DNA of 64,000 nt from assembly GCA_050943115.1 (NCBI GenBank), contig JBMNON010000002.1:27157-91156 (forward strand). Direction: 5' to 3'. Of this stretch, positions 54,926 to 63,315 are shown piece after piece. The stretch's first letter is position 1; each line of letters starts with the position of its first letter. The notes beneath the pieces were generated by a model. The model did not search any database and was not told where the DNA came from. It saw only the letters and a program-made list of their open reading frames with translations. The DNA is from Patescibacteria group bacterium. Its GTDB lineage: Bacteria; Patescibacteriota; Microgenomatia; UBA12405. The position numbers were made by a program, and so were the translations under genes.

Positions 54926-55972
54926 TTAACTGTTATGTGATTTAGTATAGCATTTTTGGGCTTCTTCTATTTCGTTTTCACCAATCCTGTTTGGGGGCTC
55001 TATGTAGCAGAGTTTAAGAAAATTATAGAAATCTTTTTCATTTTCGAAGTGATGGATTTTACCTGAGCGTAAATCCTTGATACCGTATTCTGAAAGGCTG
55101 AAACCCAGATTTTGGGCATAACGGCGGAGAAGAATATTGTGCTGACGGGAGCCGGTAAAGTGCTGAAGGAGTGATCCAAAAGTTTGAGGGGGTTGAACCA
55201 TGAGATCAATTCTAATGTCGTTCTTAATTTTTATGGAAGCTTTTTTTGGGCCTTTAGTTATTGTTTGAATGTTTTCCGGGTAGTCGATGAAATGATTTAG
55301 GATTTCTTCCGTTTGATCTGATTTTGCTGCAATATCAATATCTCCTACCGATGATGCTTGGCGACGGAGGGAACCGAGAGGGATAAATTCAGTATTGGGG
55401 AATTTTTTACTCAGATAATTAATAATTTTTTGAGAGATGTTTTCGGCTTCGACCAGTTTCATCCGTCTTTTCCGGCCCATAAAATTTAGAGTATTTTCGA
55501 GTATAAGCTCTTCTGATTTTTCTCCGAAATCAGGAAAGTTCCGAATTTTTTTGGCTTGAGCGTAATCTATTAGTTCTTCCAGAGCATTTTCAGGATCTTC
55601 GGAGAACTTCAAATTATTGGTAAGTTTGTGGGCAGTTTTAGGTCCGATACCGGTGATTTTTGTAAATGTAAATACGACGGGGTGAATGCCGGAAAATGTT
55701 TTTAAAACTGAGGTAGGCAGTTGATGATGAGTAAAAAGATAGTCCAGTTTTTTTAGGATGCTCTCCCCTATTCCCGGTAATTCGTCTAATAAATTTTTAT
55801 CTTTTTGCCAAAGTTTTTGAATCGATTTGGTTTGGTTGTAAATGGTTTCAGCGGCATTTTGATAGGAAACAATCCGAAAATAATTTTTGTTTTTTATCTC
55901 GTAAGCTGTGGCGATGTTTTCCAGAAGTTCTCCTATTTCGGTGTTGGTGTAATTTTCCTTATCAAGATACAT
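54926..55972 (-). CDS. polX: Family X DNA polymerase lacking the C-terminal PHP domain
   Basis: 8-kDa HhH (LPGIG), GSLRR...GDIDI, RIDL, HFTGS..HN...R, LSEYG; ends after R.GE.EIE.A. Confidence 0.92.
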   Translation of the reverse strand: MYLDKENYTNTEIGELLENIATAYEIKNKNYFRIVSYQNAAETIYNQTKSIQKLWQKDKNLLDELPGIGESILKKLDYLFTHHQLPTSVLKTFSGIHPVVFTFTKITGIGPKTAHKLTNNLKFSEDPENALEELIDYAQAKKIRNFPDFGEKSEELILENTLNFMGRKRRMKLVEAENISQKIINYLSKKFPNTEFIPLGSLRRQASSVGDIDIAAKSDQTEEILNHFIDYPENIQTITKGPKKASIKIKNDIRIDLMVQPPQTFGSLLQHFTGSRQHNILLRRYAQNLGFSLSEYGIKDLRSGKIHHFENEKDFYNFLKLCYIEPPNRIGENEIEEAQKCYTKSHNS

Positions 55973-56069
55973 AGTTATATTATAATCCTTCCCGAAGGTT
56001 GGAGTAAATTGTTATTTGCCGGTTGTCAGCATAAAATACTTTTGCTATAGTATCCTGTACTCTTGAGCA

Positions 56070-56143
56070 GGGCCCATGGTGCAGCGGTCTAGCACATCCG
56101 CCTGTCACGCGGAAGATCGTGGGTTCGAATCCCATTGGGCCCG
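56070..56143 (+). tRNA. tRNA-Asp(GTC)
   Basis: Anticodon arm TCCGC-CTGTCAC-GCGGA, G73. Confidence 0.96.
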
Positions 56144-56149
56144 CAAAGT

Positions 56150-56176
56150 ATCCGCCTTAATAGGCGGATTTTTTTT
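56150..56176 (+). terminator. Intrinsic terminator after tRNA-Asp
   Basis: ATCCGCCT-TAAT-AGGCGGAT followed by T-run. Confidence 0.88.
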
Positions 56177-56193
56177 GGTTTTGATGATAAATT

Positions 56194-58113
56194 ATGATAA
56201 TGAAGAAAGTGGTCTTTGTATTGCTATTGACGTTGTTTTTGACTAAGCCGGATTTGGCAGAGGCAAAGTCGTATTCAATTGACCAGGTGGATATTGAAGC
56301 CAGGGTGGATAAAGACGGTTCGATGAGTGTGACCGAGAAAAGAGTATATGACTTTGATGGCGACTACACCTTTGCATACCAGGAAATCAATAAAGCAGGT
56401 AGTGCAAGGGAAGCACAGTATTTGCTTGATAATTTCCGGTTGTGCGATGAGGTTGTTTGTTATCAGAAATTGGATAATTCCAGAATTGATACTTGGGATT
56501 CGAATAGACCAGAGAATACTTACTATGTTCAGGAACGTACCAATAGTTATTATATTAAATGGTTTTATAGGGCAGATAATGAGGAGAAAGAATTTTCGCT
56601 TAGCTATGATATTGAGAACGCCGTAACTTTACACGAGGATGTAGCGGAATTGTATTGGAAGCTGATTGGTGATGAGTGGGAGATTGGTCAGGAAAATATT
56701 AGTGCAAATATATATTTACCGGAAGGAATTGGTGATAATGATATAGAAGCTTATGCACATGGACCGTTGTCCGGCAGAGTTTCAATTCCGCAAAATAATT
56801 TAGTTACTTATGAACTTGGAAGTATTACCAGCGGTGATTTTTTTGAAGCCAGAGTTTTGATGCCAAAAAATATTTTTACCGGTGGTGCGATTGGTAGTGT
56901 AAACCGAAACAAAATAATTAGAGAAGAAAGTGATTTTATTCAGAGAACAGAAAGGCAGTTAGGTAGCCGCACAAACTGGTCAGCATTACTTTTGATTATA
57001 TCGGTTGGCTTGAGCATTTTTTCTTTGATTTATTTTATAAAAATGCTAAAAAAGTTTTGGATTTATGGTAAGGACAAGCCATTTCCGAAAGTAAACCTAT
57101 CGGATAGGCTTTGGGAACCGCCCAGTGACATCGATCCGGCTCAAATAGAACAACTTATCAGTGGCTCAAAATATCTGACTCCAAAATCGTTTACTGCAAC
57201 AATTCTCTCATTGATTCAGAGTAGGTATTACAAACTAGTGAGAAGCGACAAAAAGGAAGGTTTGATTTTTAAAAATTATAAATATTATCTCCAAAAACTT
57301 GAAGTTGAAAAAGAAATGAGCGCCATCCAGATTAGTGTTGTAAGTTTTTTGGACCGGGTAAATACTAAAAAAATTAGTGTAGGGGGCGAGACAAAAAATA
57401 TATTAGCGCTGGATGATATTGTAAGTTATTGCCGCGGTAACAGAGTATATTGCCAGCAATATTTTAGGGAGACTTGGCCTGAAGTAGTGTTGAAAGAGAA
57501 CTTGAAAGAGGGAAATTTCGATAAAATTTCAAGTGATAATAAGAACTACGGATCATTAGTTTTTTTTGTAATAATATTGATTCAGGTTTATGCGATTTTT
57601 AAGTTAGGTGGTAGTTTACTAGTGGGAAGGGCAACAGCTTTTGTAATCCTTGGGACATTTATGACTTTTATTTTTAACATCACTGCGGGTATTTTTCATT
57701 CATATGGAGAGAGACGGACAGAAAAAGGAAGCTGGGAGGCAGCTTCCTGGTTGGCTTTTAAAAGACACATGAAGGAGTATGACAAAACAAAAAGATCACC
57801 CATAGATTCAATTATTCTTTGGGAAAAATACTTGGTCTATGGAACTGCTTTGGGGATTTCGGAAAAAGTATTAGCACAGTTACCTGTCAGGTTTCCAGAT
57901 TCAGACGCAAATATTGGGGCAACTTATTGGGGTGTGGCTTCGACTCGGGATATGGCGAATATATCAAATAATATATCTTCGGTAACAAACGCCATTTCAA
58001 GTATTTCCAGTGCTGCAAATTCAAGTTACGGGGCATCAGGTGTGGGTTCTTCCGGTGGAGCTTCGGGTGGTGGTGGCGGCGGTGGAGGAGGGGGTGGAGG
58101 CGGAGCAGGCTGA
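56194..58113 (+). CDS. DUF2207 (YciQ-like) membrane protein
   Basis: DGS..V.E...Y.F.G, ELYW..IG..W, AHGPL.G, WEKYLVYG.ALG, poly-Gly C-terminus. Confidence 0.92.
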   Translation: MIMKKVVFVLLLTLFLTKPDLAEAKSYSIDQVDIEARVDKDGSMSVTEKRVYDFDGDYTFAYQEINKAGSAREAQYLLDNFRLCDEVVCYQKLDNSRIDTWDSNRPENTYYVQERTNSYYIKWFYRADNEEKEFSLSYDIENAVTLHEDVAELYWKLIGDEWEIGQENISANIYLPEGIGDNDIEAYAHGPLSGRVSIPQNNLVTYELGSITSGDFFEARVLMPKNIFTGGAIGSVNRNKIIREESDFIQRTERQLGSRTNWSALLLIISVGLSIFSLIYFIKMLKKFWIYGKDKPFPKVNLSDRLWEPPSDIDPAQIEQLISGSKYLTPKSFTATILSLIQSRYYKLVRSDKKEGLIFKNYKYYLQKLEVEKEMSAIQISVVSFLDRVNTKKISVGGETKNILALDDIVSYCRGNRVYCQQYFRETWPEVVLKENLKEGNFDKISSDNKNYGSLVFFVIILIQVYAIFKLGGSLLVGRATAFVILGTFMTFIFNITAGIFHSYGERRTEKGSWEAASWLAFKRHMKEYDKTKRSPIDSIILWEKYLVYGTALGISEKVLAQLPVRFPDSDANIGATYWGVASTRDMANISNNISSVTNAISSISSAANSSYGASGVGSSGGASGGGGGGGGGGGGGAG

Positions 58114-58114
58114 T

Positions 58115-58756
58115 TTATTTTTGAATAGTTCTTCTGACAATTTCGCAAGCAGCTTCCAGTGTATTTTCTAATTGGCCGGTTGGGTTGATCAGTAAATTGT
58201 ACCTGACGGGACCGTTTTCTTCCATCCTGGATTTGTACCTTATCCATTCGGACCAATCTTCTCTAATTCTATCTAGAAAGTCTGTACGTTTGGCATTGGG
58301 ATCACGAGCAAAAAACCTGTCTTTCAGAACAGTCAGGCGTTCAGTGCCAATGTAGATTACCACAGTATTATTTATTAGGACTTCAGCTTCTTGTGGTGAA
58401 AAATTTTGTTCATAAAAACATTTGATGTCAATTGCACGACTTGGGTCAATTCTCCAGAAGGCGCTCTTCCCTTCTAGGATTTGGAGTAAACTTTTTCTTC
58501 TGGTTGCTTTGCCTCCTCCGTAAAGAACATATTCGGCATAGACATTATTATCAATATTTCGTTGGAATTCCTTGGGATTTACGAAGTTGTAATCAACTCC
58601 ATTGACTTCTCCGTCTCGTGGTAATCGGGCAGCGTCGGTGACAATTCTTTGAATATCAGGAAACTTTTTCTCAATGTGTTTAAGTACGGAATCTTTCCCA
58701 ACTCCAGTAGGACCGGTTACGATTGCTAATTTACCTATTTTTCCCTCAGGACTCAT
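58115..58756 (-). CDS. gmk: Guanylate kinase-like protein
   Basis: GPTGVGKD P-loop, R.PRDGEVNGVDY.FV; divergent C-terminal half. Confidence 0.8.
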   Translation of the reverse strand: MSPEGKIGKLAIVTGPTGVGKDSVLKHIEKKFPDIQRIVTDAARLPRDGEVNGVDYNFVNPKEFQRNIDNNVYAEYVLYGGGKATRRKSLLQILEGKSAFWRIDPSRAIDIKCFYEQNFSPQEAEVLINNTVVIYIGTERLTVLKDRFFARDPNAKRTDFLDRIREDWSEWIRYKSRMEENGPVRYNLLINPTGQLENTLEAACEIVRRTIQK

Positions 58757-58780
58757 TGTTGAGTCCTATAATAACATATT

Positions 58781-59386
58781 TTATTCCAGTATTCCGTCAA
58801 GGTTGATGTCGTAGATAATTTCTTCGTTAAGCAGCCTGTAGCTAAGAAGTTCTTCGGGTTTAAACCAGAGAGTAATTTCTTTTTCTGCTTCATCCGGTGA
58901 ACCTGAAGCGTGAACAAGATTTCTTACAGACCTGCCATCAATATCAGCAATTTCGTAAGAATCAATAGTAAGGTCGCCTCTTATGGTGCCAACATCTGAA
59001 GTTCTGGGTTCGGTTGATCCGCAAATCTTTCGAACAACGCTTACGGCATGCATTCCTTGCCAAACCATGGCGACAACAGGCCCGGAGGACATATATTTAA
59101 CAAGGTTGCTCAGGACACGATTGCCAACTTCTTCCGGGTTTTCGGAGGGAGGTGTCTTGTTTTGGGTTTTATAAGACTCTATGGCTTTGGTTCCGGTTTT
59201 TATTTTCCATTCAGGATCGACGGTATAGTGTTTTTCGATAAGATCTTTTGGGGGGACAAGCATCTTTAAAGCAATTAGTTTAAGTCCGGATCTTTCGTAT
59301 CTTTTGATAATTTCCCCTATTAATGTTCTTTGGACTCCGTCAGGTTTAATAACAACTAAGGTTTTTTCTTTTTTAATATCTGGCAT
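58781..59386 (-). CDS. ndk: Nucleoside diphosphate kinase (long form)
   Basis: IKPDGVQR.L.G.I, SGPVVAMV, GTIRGD, NLVHAS; start ATG 59386. Confidence 0.96.
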   Translation of the reverse strand: MPDIKKEKTLVVIKPDGVQRTLIGEIIKRYERSGLKLIALKMLVPPKDLIEKHYTVDPEWKIKTGTKAIESYKTQNKTPPSENPEEVGNRVLSNLVKYMSSGPVVAMVWQGMHAVSVVRKICGSTEPRTSDVGTIRGDLTIDSYEIADIDGRSVRNLVHASGSPDEAEKEITLWFKPEELLSYRLLNEEIIYDINLDGILE

Positions 59387-59481
59387 GTATTCAATGAATA
59401 AGTAATGTTTGAATTGTTGCATTTCCAGCTAGTATTATCAAGCCCTACATATAATAATGTTAAATAAAATACATGTATTGA

Positions 59482-59503
59482 TATATTGATAATTATCTAT
59501 ATA
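59482..59503. promoter_or_regulatory. Imperfect 22-bp palindrome overlapping the ArsR-gene promoter, likely autorepressor operator
   Basis: TATATTGATAA/TTATCTATATA (1 mismatch) between TTGATA and TATAAT. Confidence 0.6.
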
Positions 59504-59513
59504 ATAAAGACAT

Positions 59514-59819
59514 ATGGATAAAATATTTAAAGCTTTGTCTGACAAGAATAGACGGCGAATAATAACATTACTAAACGAAAGGAGCATGTCCGTAAACGAA
59601 ATACTGGAACATTTTGAGGTTACTCAGGCAACTCTTTCAAGCCATCTGGCAATTTTAAGAAAAACAGAATTGGTAAAAGTTGAGACAAGGGGAAAGCAGA
59701 GGATTTATCATCTGAATAAAAAGTTATTAAGCGCTTTTGTGGGTAGTTTGAAAAAATTTAACGGTGAAATTGAGAGTAATTCAAACAAGGATATTATCGT
59801 GAGAAGAAAATCTAGCTAA
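59514..59819 (+). CDS. ArsR/SmtB family (SdpR-like) transcriptional repressor
   Basis: FKALSD..RR.I..LL, Q.TLS.HL..L...LV....G....Y.LN; no Cys metal ligands. Confidence 0.9.
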   Translation: MDKIFKALSDKNRRRIITLLNERSMSVNEILEHFEVTQATLSSHLAILRKTELVKVETRGKQRIYHLNKKLLSAFVGSLKKFNGEIESNSNKDIIVRRKSS

Positions 59820-59887
59820 TAATTGACTATAGGATAAGATTGGTGTAAATTTAGGGTAGTAACATTGATTAAAAATTCTATCTTTAA

Positions 59888-60520
59888 ATGAAATTAAATA
59901 GGATAAAAGAAAAGTTTGGTGCAAATTCGGCAGAAGAAATTGTCAGTATGTTTTTGGGTTTGTTGGTAGTTGTTGTGGTTATCGGATTGGTGGTTAATTT
60001 TGTGCAAAGAAGAAAAGGAAGCATTGATATTCCCGGGATAAACACGTTTGAGAATATTTCTCTCAATAAGGAAGAGGGGGGCAGTGAATCAGTAGCCGAA
60101 GCTGACGGTGAAATAAGTGATAGCGGGACGGGAAACTATGAAGTCGTTACCGGTGATAATTTGTGGAAAATTGCAGAGGTTAAATTGGGCAGCGGTTATG
60201 CCTGGAAAGAGATTGCTCAAGCTAATAATATTAGTAATCCTTCATATTTGGAAGTGGGACAACAACTTACCATTCCGCAATCTGAAAAGAAAGAGGCTTT
60301 TGAAGCTTCCGTTGCCAACACCGGAGTCGAGGAAGGTAAGGAATATACGGTGATAAAAGGAGATCATTTGTGGAAACTGGCTGTGGCTGCTTATGGAGAT
60401 GGATTTAAATGGGTAGAGATTTGGAATGCGAATAAGGGAGCTATTGAAAACCCTTCTTTAATTGAGGTTGGCATGGTATTGCAGATTCCTAAATTGGAGA
60501 CTTCTCCTGTGGTAGAATAA
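59888..60520 (+). CDS. Membrane-anchored protein with two LysM domains
   Basis: TM helix; Y.V..GD.LWKIA...G.G..W..I..AN...NP..IEVG..L.IP twice. Confidence 0.92.
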   Translation: MKLNRIKEKFGANSAEEIVSMFLGLLVVVVVIGLVVNFVQRRKGSIDIPGINTFENISLNKEEGGSESVAEADGEISDSGTGNYEVVTGDNLWKIAEVKLGSGYAWKEIAQANNISNPSYLEVGQQLTIPQSEKKEAFEASVANTGVEEGKEYTVIKGDHLWKLAVAAYGDGFKWVEIWNANKGAIENPSLIEVGMVLQIPKLETSPVVE

Positions 60521-60530
60521 GTAGGCATTT

Positions 60531-60601
60531 GCGGCTATAGTTTAATGGTAAAATATGTCCTTCCCAAGGATAGGTCGAGGGTTCGATTCCCTCTAGCCGC
60601 T
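60531..60601 (+). tRNA. tRNA-Gly(CCC)
   Basis: Anticodon arm TGTCC-TTCCCAA-GGATA. Confidence 0.95.
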
Positions 60602-60605
60602 CAAA

Positions 60606-60677
60606 GCCGAAGTAGCTCAGTGGTAGAGCATGGCTTTCGTAAAGCCGGGGTCAGGGGTTCAAATCCCCTCTTCGGCT
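60606..60677 (+). tRNA. tRNA-Thr(CGT)
   Basis: Anticodon arm TGGCT-TTCGTAA-AGCCG. Confidence 0.95.
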
Positions 60678-60710
60678 CTTAATCTGTAGTAAAATATAAG
60701 AAGCATTCAT

Positions 60711-61427
60711 ATGCCAGAATTCAAACGTTCAAGGCTGGAAAGGAAAGCTGAAGAACAAATAACAAGAAAAACAGTGTTTTTGGGATTTGCCACTTTATTG
60801 AGTGTTGTTTTGGTGATCGTGTTTGGTCTACCGTTTCTCGTTAGGTTTTCAATATTCTTAGGAGAGACTAAGAGCAAGAACGATACTGAAGAAGTGGAAG
60901 GGATACCGCCTTTGGCTCCAAGAATTGTATTGCCTTTTGAAGCAACTAACAGCGCTAGGATTGCAGTAGTGGGAACGGCTGAAGCGAATACCGAGGTAGA
61001 ATTGCTAAAAAATGACGTTTCATTGGGGAAAGAGGAAGTTAGCGCTGAAGGAGATTTTAGTTTTTCAAATATTGAGTTGGATAGCGGTGAAAATCATTTT
61101 AGTGCCATTGCTATTGCCGATGACGGGCTGAGCAGTGATATATCAGCACCCTCAGTTATTGTGTTTGATAACGAATCTCCAACGATTGAGATGACACATC
61201 CGATAGAAGATAGTGTGACCGTAGAAAGTGCGGAGTATGAAGTGGCCGGAAAAAGCGAAAAGGACGTTAGTGTATTGGTTAACGGAAGAGTGGCTTTGGT
61301 GGATAATGAAGGACAGTTTAAGACTATTTTGCAGTTGAATCCGGGTAAAAATGATATTGAAGTAACAGTGAGAGACCTTGCCGGTAATGAGGCTAAAAAG
61401 AAGATTGAGGTAACTTACGATATCTAA
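60711..61427 (+). CDS. Membrane-anchored protein with two bacterial Ig-like domains
   Basis: TM helix; G.F....L..G.N...A...G and L.PG.N.I.V...D.AGN repeats. Confidence 0.82.
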   Translation: MPEFKRSRLERKAEEQITRKTVFLGFATLLSVVLVIVFGLPFLVRFSIFLGETKSKNDTEEVEGIPPLAPRIVLPFEATNSARIAVVGTAEANTEVELLKNDVSLGKEEVSAEGDFSFSNIELDSGENHFSAIAIADDGLSSDISAPSVIVFDNESPTIEMTHPIEDSVTVESAEYEVAGKSEKDVSVLVNGRVALVDNEGQFKTILQLNPGKNDIEVTVRDLAGNEAKKKIEVTYDI

Positions 61428-62506
61428 ATTAGGAAAAGAAGAATCAGACACCAGGGATAAAAGAGAGAGTTTGCAAACAGCGAATGAAAAACCAAAGCGA
61501 TAAGGATTGTTTGATGAGTCAGATCGGTTTTTTGAAAATATGTGTATAAACCGAGAAGGAAAAGAGACAGGCCGATTATTCCAGTGGTGACCAGGATGTT
61601 TATCAAGGAGGAATCAAATGCGTTTTTGGAATGGGAGTTGGGCTCCGTATTGCTTCGGTAGTAAGATATGTTGTTGTAACCAATGCCAAGGACCGGAGAT
61701 TTGGGGATTAAAGTAAAGGCTTCTTTGTAGTTTTCTATTTTAGCAATAATCGAGGAAGTTCTTTCTAGTTTGGTCCCCTCACCGGGCATTCTTGGTAATG
61801 AAAATATTGTTATCAAGAAGACAATGAAGCTGATGATAAAAATTCGGGATTTTTTAGTTTTTAGGGCGATGTAAGTGAATGCAAGAAGAAAGGCAAGAAG
61901 AGAAGATCGGCTGTAGGTTAGGGCGAGGCCGATATAGGAAAACGCAACGAGAGGCGTGATCGTTTGTTTTTTTAGGAAAATAAATATCAAAAAGATTAAG
62001 AATATAAGAGCAGTGAAGGTGGGGTCAAAAAAGGTACCGACAAGGCGGTACAAATGAGGATCCCATTGGAGAGAGTCGAAGTAAGTGAAATCAGGCCAGA
62101 AAAAATACTGGAGTAATCCGAAGATAATCGAGGATATCAATATTAGGGATAAGAAGCCAAGAGCTTTTTTTGTAAAAATATTTTTATTTAGTGGAAAAAT
62201 AAAAAATGATAAAAGCAGGTTGAGCCGGAGAAGGTAGAATAAGGAAGTTAGCGATAGGTGGTTTGACCTTATTAAATTTGTGGTATAGGTTAGCCATGTA
62301 AAAACCAGGAAGACGAGAAAGGGTTTATTGTGGATTTTGAGGTTCTTAGACGTTCGAAGAGAAATGATGTTGGTTATAAATAAGGTCAGGATAGCAAGGT
62401 CTAAGGCCGGAAAGGAAACTGAAAATAATTGGAAACGTAATAATTGGCCAAAGAAAAACACAATTAGGGTGAGATAAAAGGCTATTTTTGTTGCTGTAAG
62501 TGCCAT
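61424..62506 (-). CDS. O-antigen ligase/polymerase (WaaL/Wzy_C-like) family protein
   Basis: Multi-TM; RLVGTFFDP, LTYSRS, P.LGIGYN, ..TGIIGL. Confidence 0.85.
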   Translation of the reverse strand: MALTATKIAFYLTLIVFFFGQLLRFQLFSVSFPALDLAILTLFITNIISLRTSKNLKIHNKPFLVFLVFTWLTYTTNLIRSNHLSLTSLFYLLRLNLLLSFFIFPLNKNIFTKKALGFLSLILISSIIFGLLQYFFWPDFTYFDSLQWDPHLYRLVGTFFDPTFTALIFLIFLIFIFLKKQTITPLVAFSYIGLALTYSRSSLLAFLLAFTYIALKTKKSRIFIISFIVFLITIFSLPRMPGEGTKLERTSSIIAKIENYKEAFTLIPKSPVLGIGYNNISYYRSNTEPNSHSKNAFDSSLINILVTTGIIGLSLFLLGLYTYFQKTDLTHQTILIALVFHSLFANSLFYPWCLILLFLI

Positions 62507-63315
62507 AGTTTTGCCCTCACCAGAAAAGAGTGGAAGCTCATACCCAGAGCGATAATGATTCCCGGCGTCGAGTCTAATAAACCGAGTTTGATAATGTAAG
62601 TTTGGAAGAATTTGGCTGTGGGGTAGAATAGGATTTGGAAAATATTTGACCTCTCTCCCCTATCTAAAAGTTCACGGGCCCTGATGTCAGTGTAGAAATT
62701 TATTTTATTTAAAAAAGAAGAGAGGGTTTGATGGGAACAATGGTAAATCATTATATTTTTTTCATTTTTTACGAAGGCTGAGCTACTATACCATTTTTCG
62801 TGAACCATACCTTCGAATTTACCTTTATTTTTGTTAAACAAACGGAGAAAGGTTTGGGAGGAAGTCTCTCCATGTTTTAGGGTGTAACCAAGAAAACAAT
62901 CTGATCTGGTAAAAGCGTAATTATCATATTGATTAATATCTATATTATTAACGTAGTTAATAAAATTGACACTTGGTTGTTCGTCGGCATCAAGCCAAAG
63001 TATCCAGTCGTTTGATGTTTTTGTAACCAAATAATTTCTTTGGGCAGCAAAGTTGTTGTTCAACTTTCTTTTAATAATTTTTACTTTTCTAGTTTTTGAT
63101 TCATGTTTTCTGAGTACTTCTAGGGTGTCATCGTCAGAATAGTCGTCAACGGCTACAATTTCATTGATTCTGGGGCATTTGTCAAGCCAACTATAATTTT
63201 TTAGAATGTTTTGAGATTCGTTTTTGGTGAGGAGCATTAGGGAGATGTTAGGTTGATATGTGGTCGCTTGTACATTTGAGGATGTCGTTTGTTGTTTTTT
63301 CCCAGTCAATTTCAT
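62482..63315 (-). CDS. GT2 glycosyltransferase (WaaE/KdtX-like)
   Basis: TKNE, VDDYS.D.T, FAAQRN, W...LDADE, VHE; true start uncertain. Confidence 0.88.
   Translation of the reverse strand: MKLTGKKQQTTSSNVQATTYQPNISLMLLTKNESQNILKNYSWLDKCPRINEIVAVDDYSDDDTLEVLRKHESKTRKVKIIKRKLNNNFAAQRNYLVTKTSNDWILWLDADEQPSVNFINYVNNIDINQYDNYAFTRSDCFLGYTLKHGETSSQTFLRLFNKNKGKFEGMVHEKWYSSSAFVKNEKNIMIYHCSHQTLSSFLNKINFYTDIRARELLDRGERSNIFQILFYPTAKFFQTYIIKLGLLDSTPGIIIALGMSFHSFLVRAKLWHLQQQK

Noticed and set aside
58050-58113. GGN-rich tandem repeat
   Set aside because: It encodes the normal poly-Gly tail of DUF2207 proteins; the antisense poly-Pro ORF is a shadow
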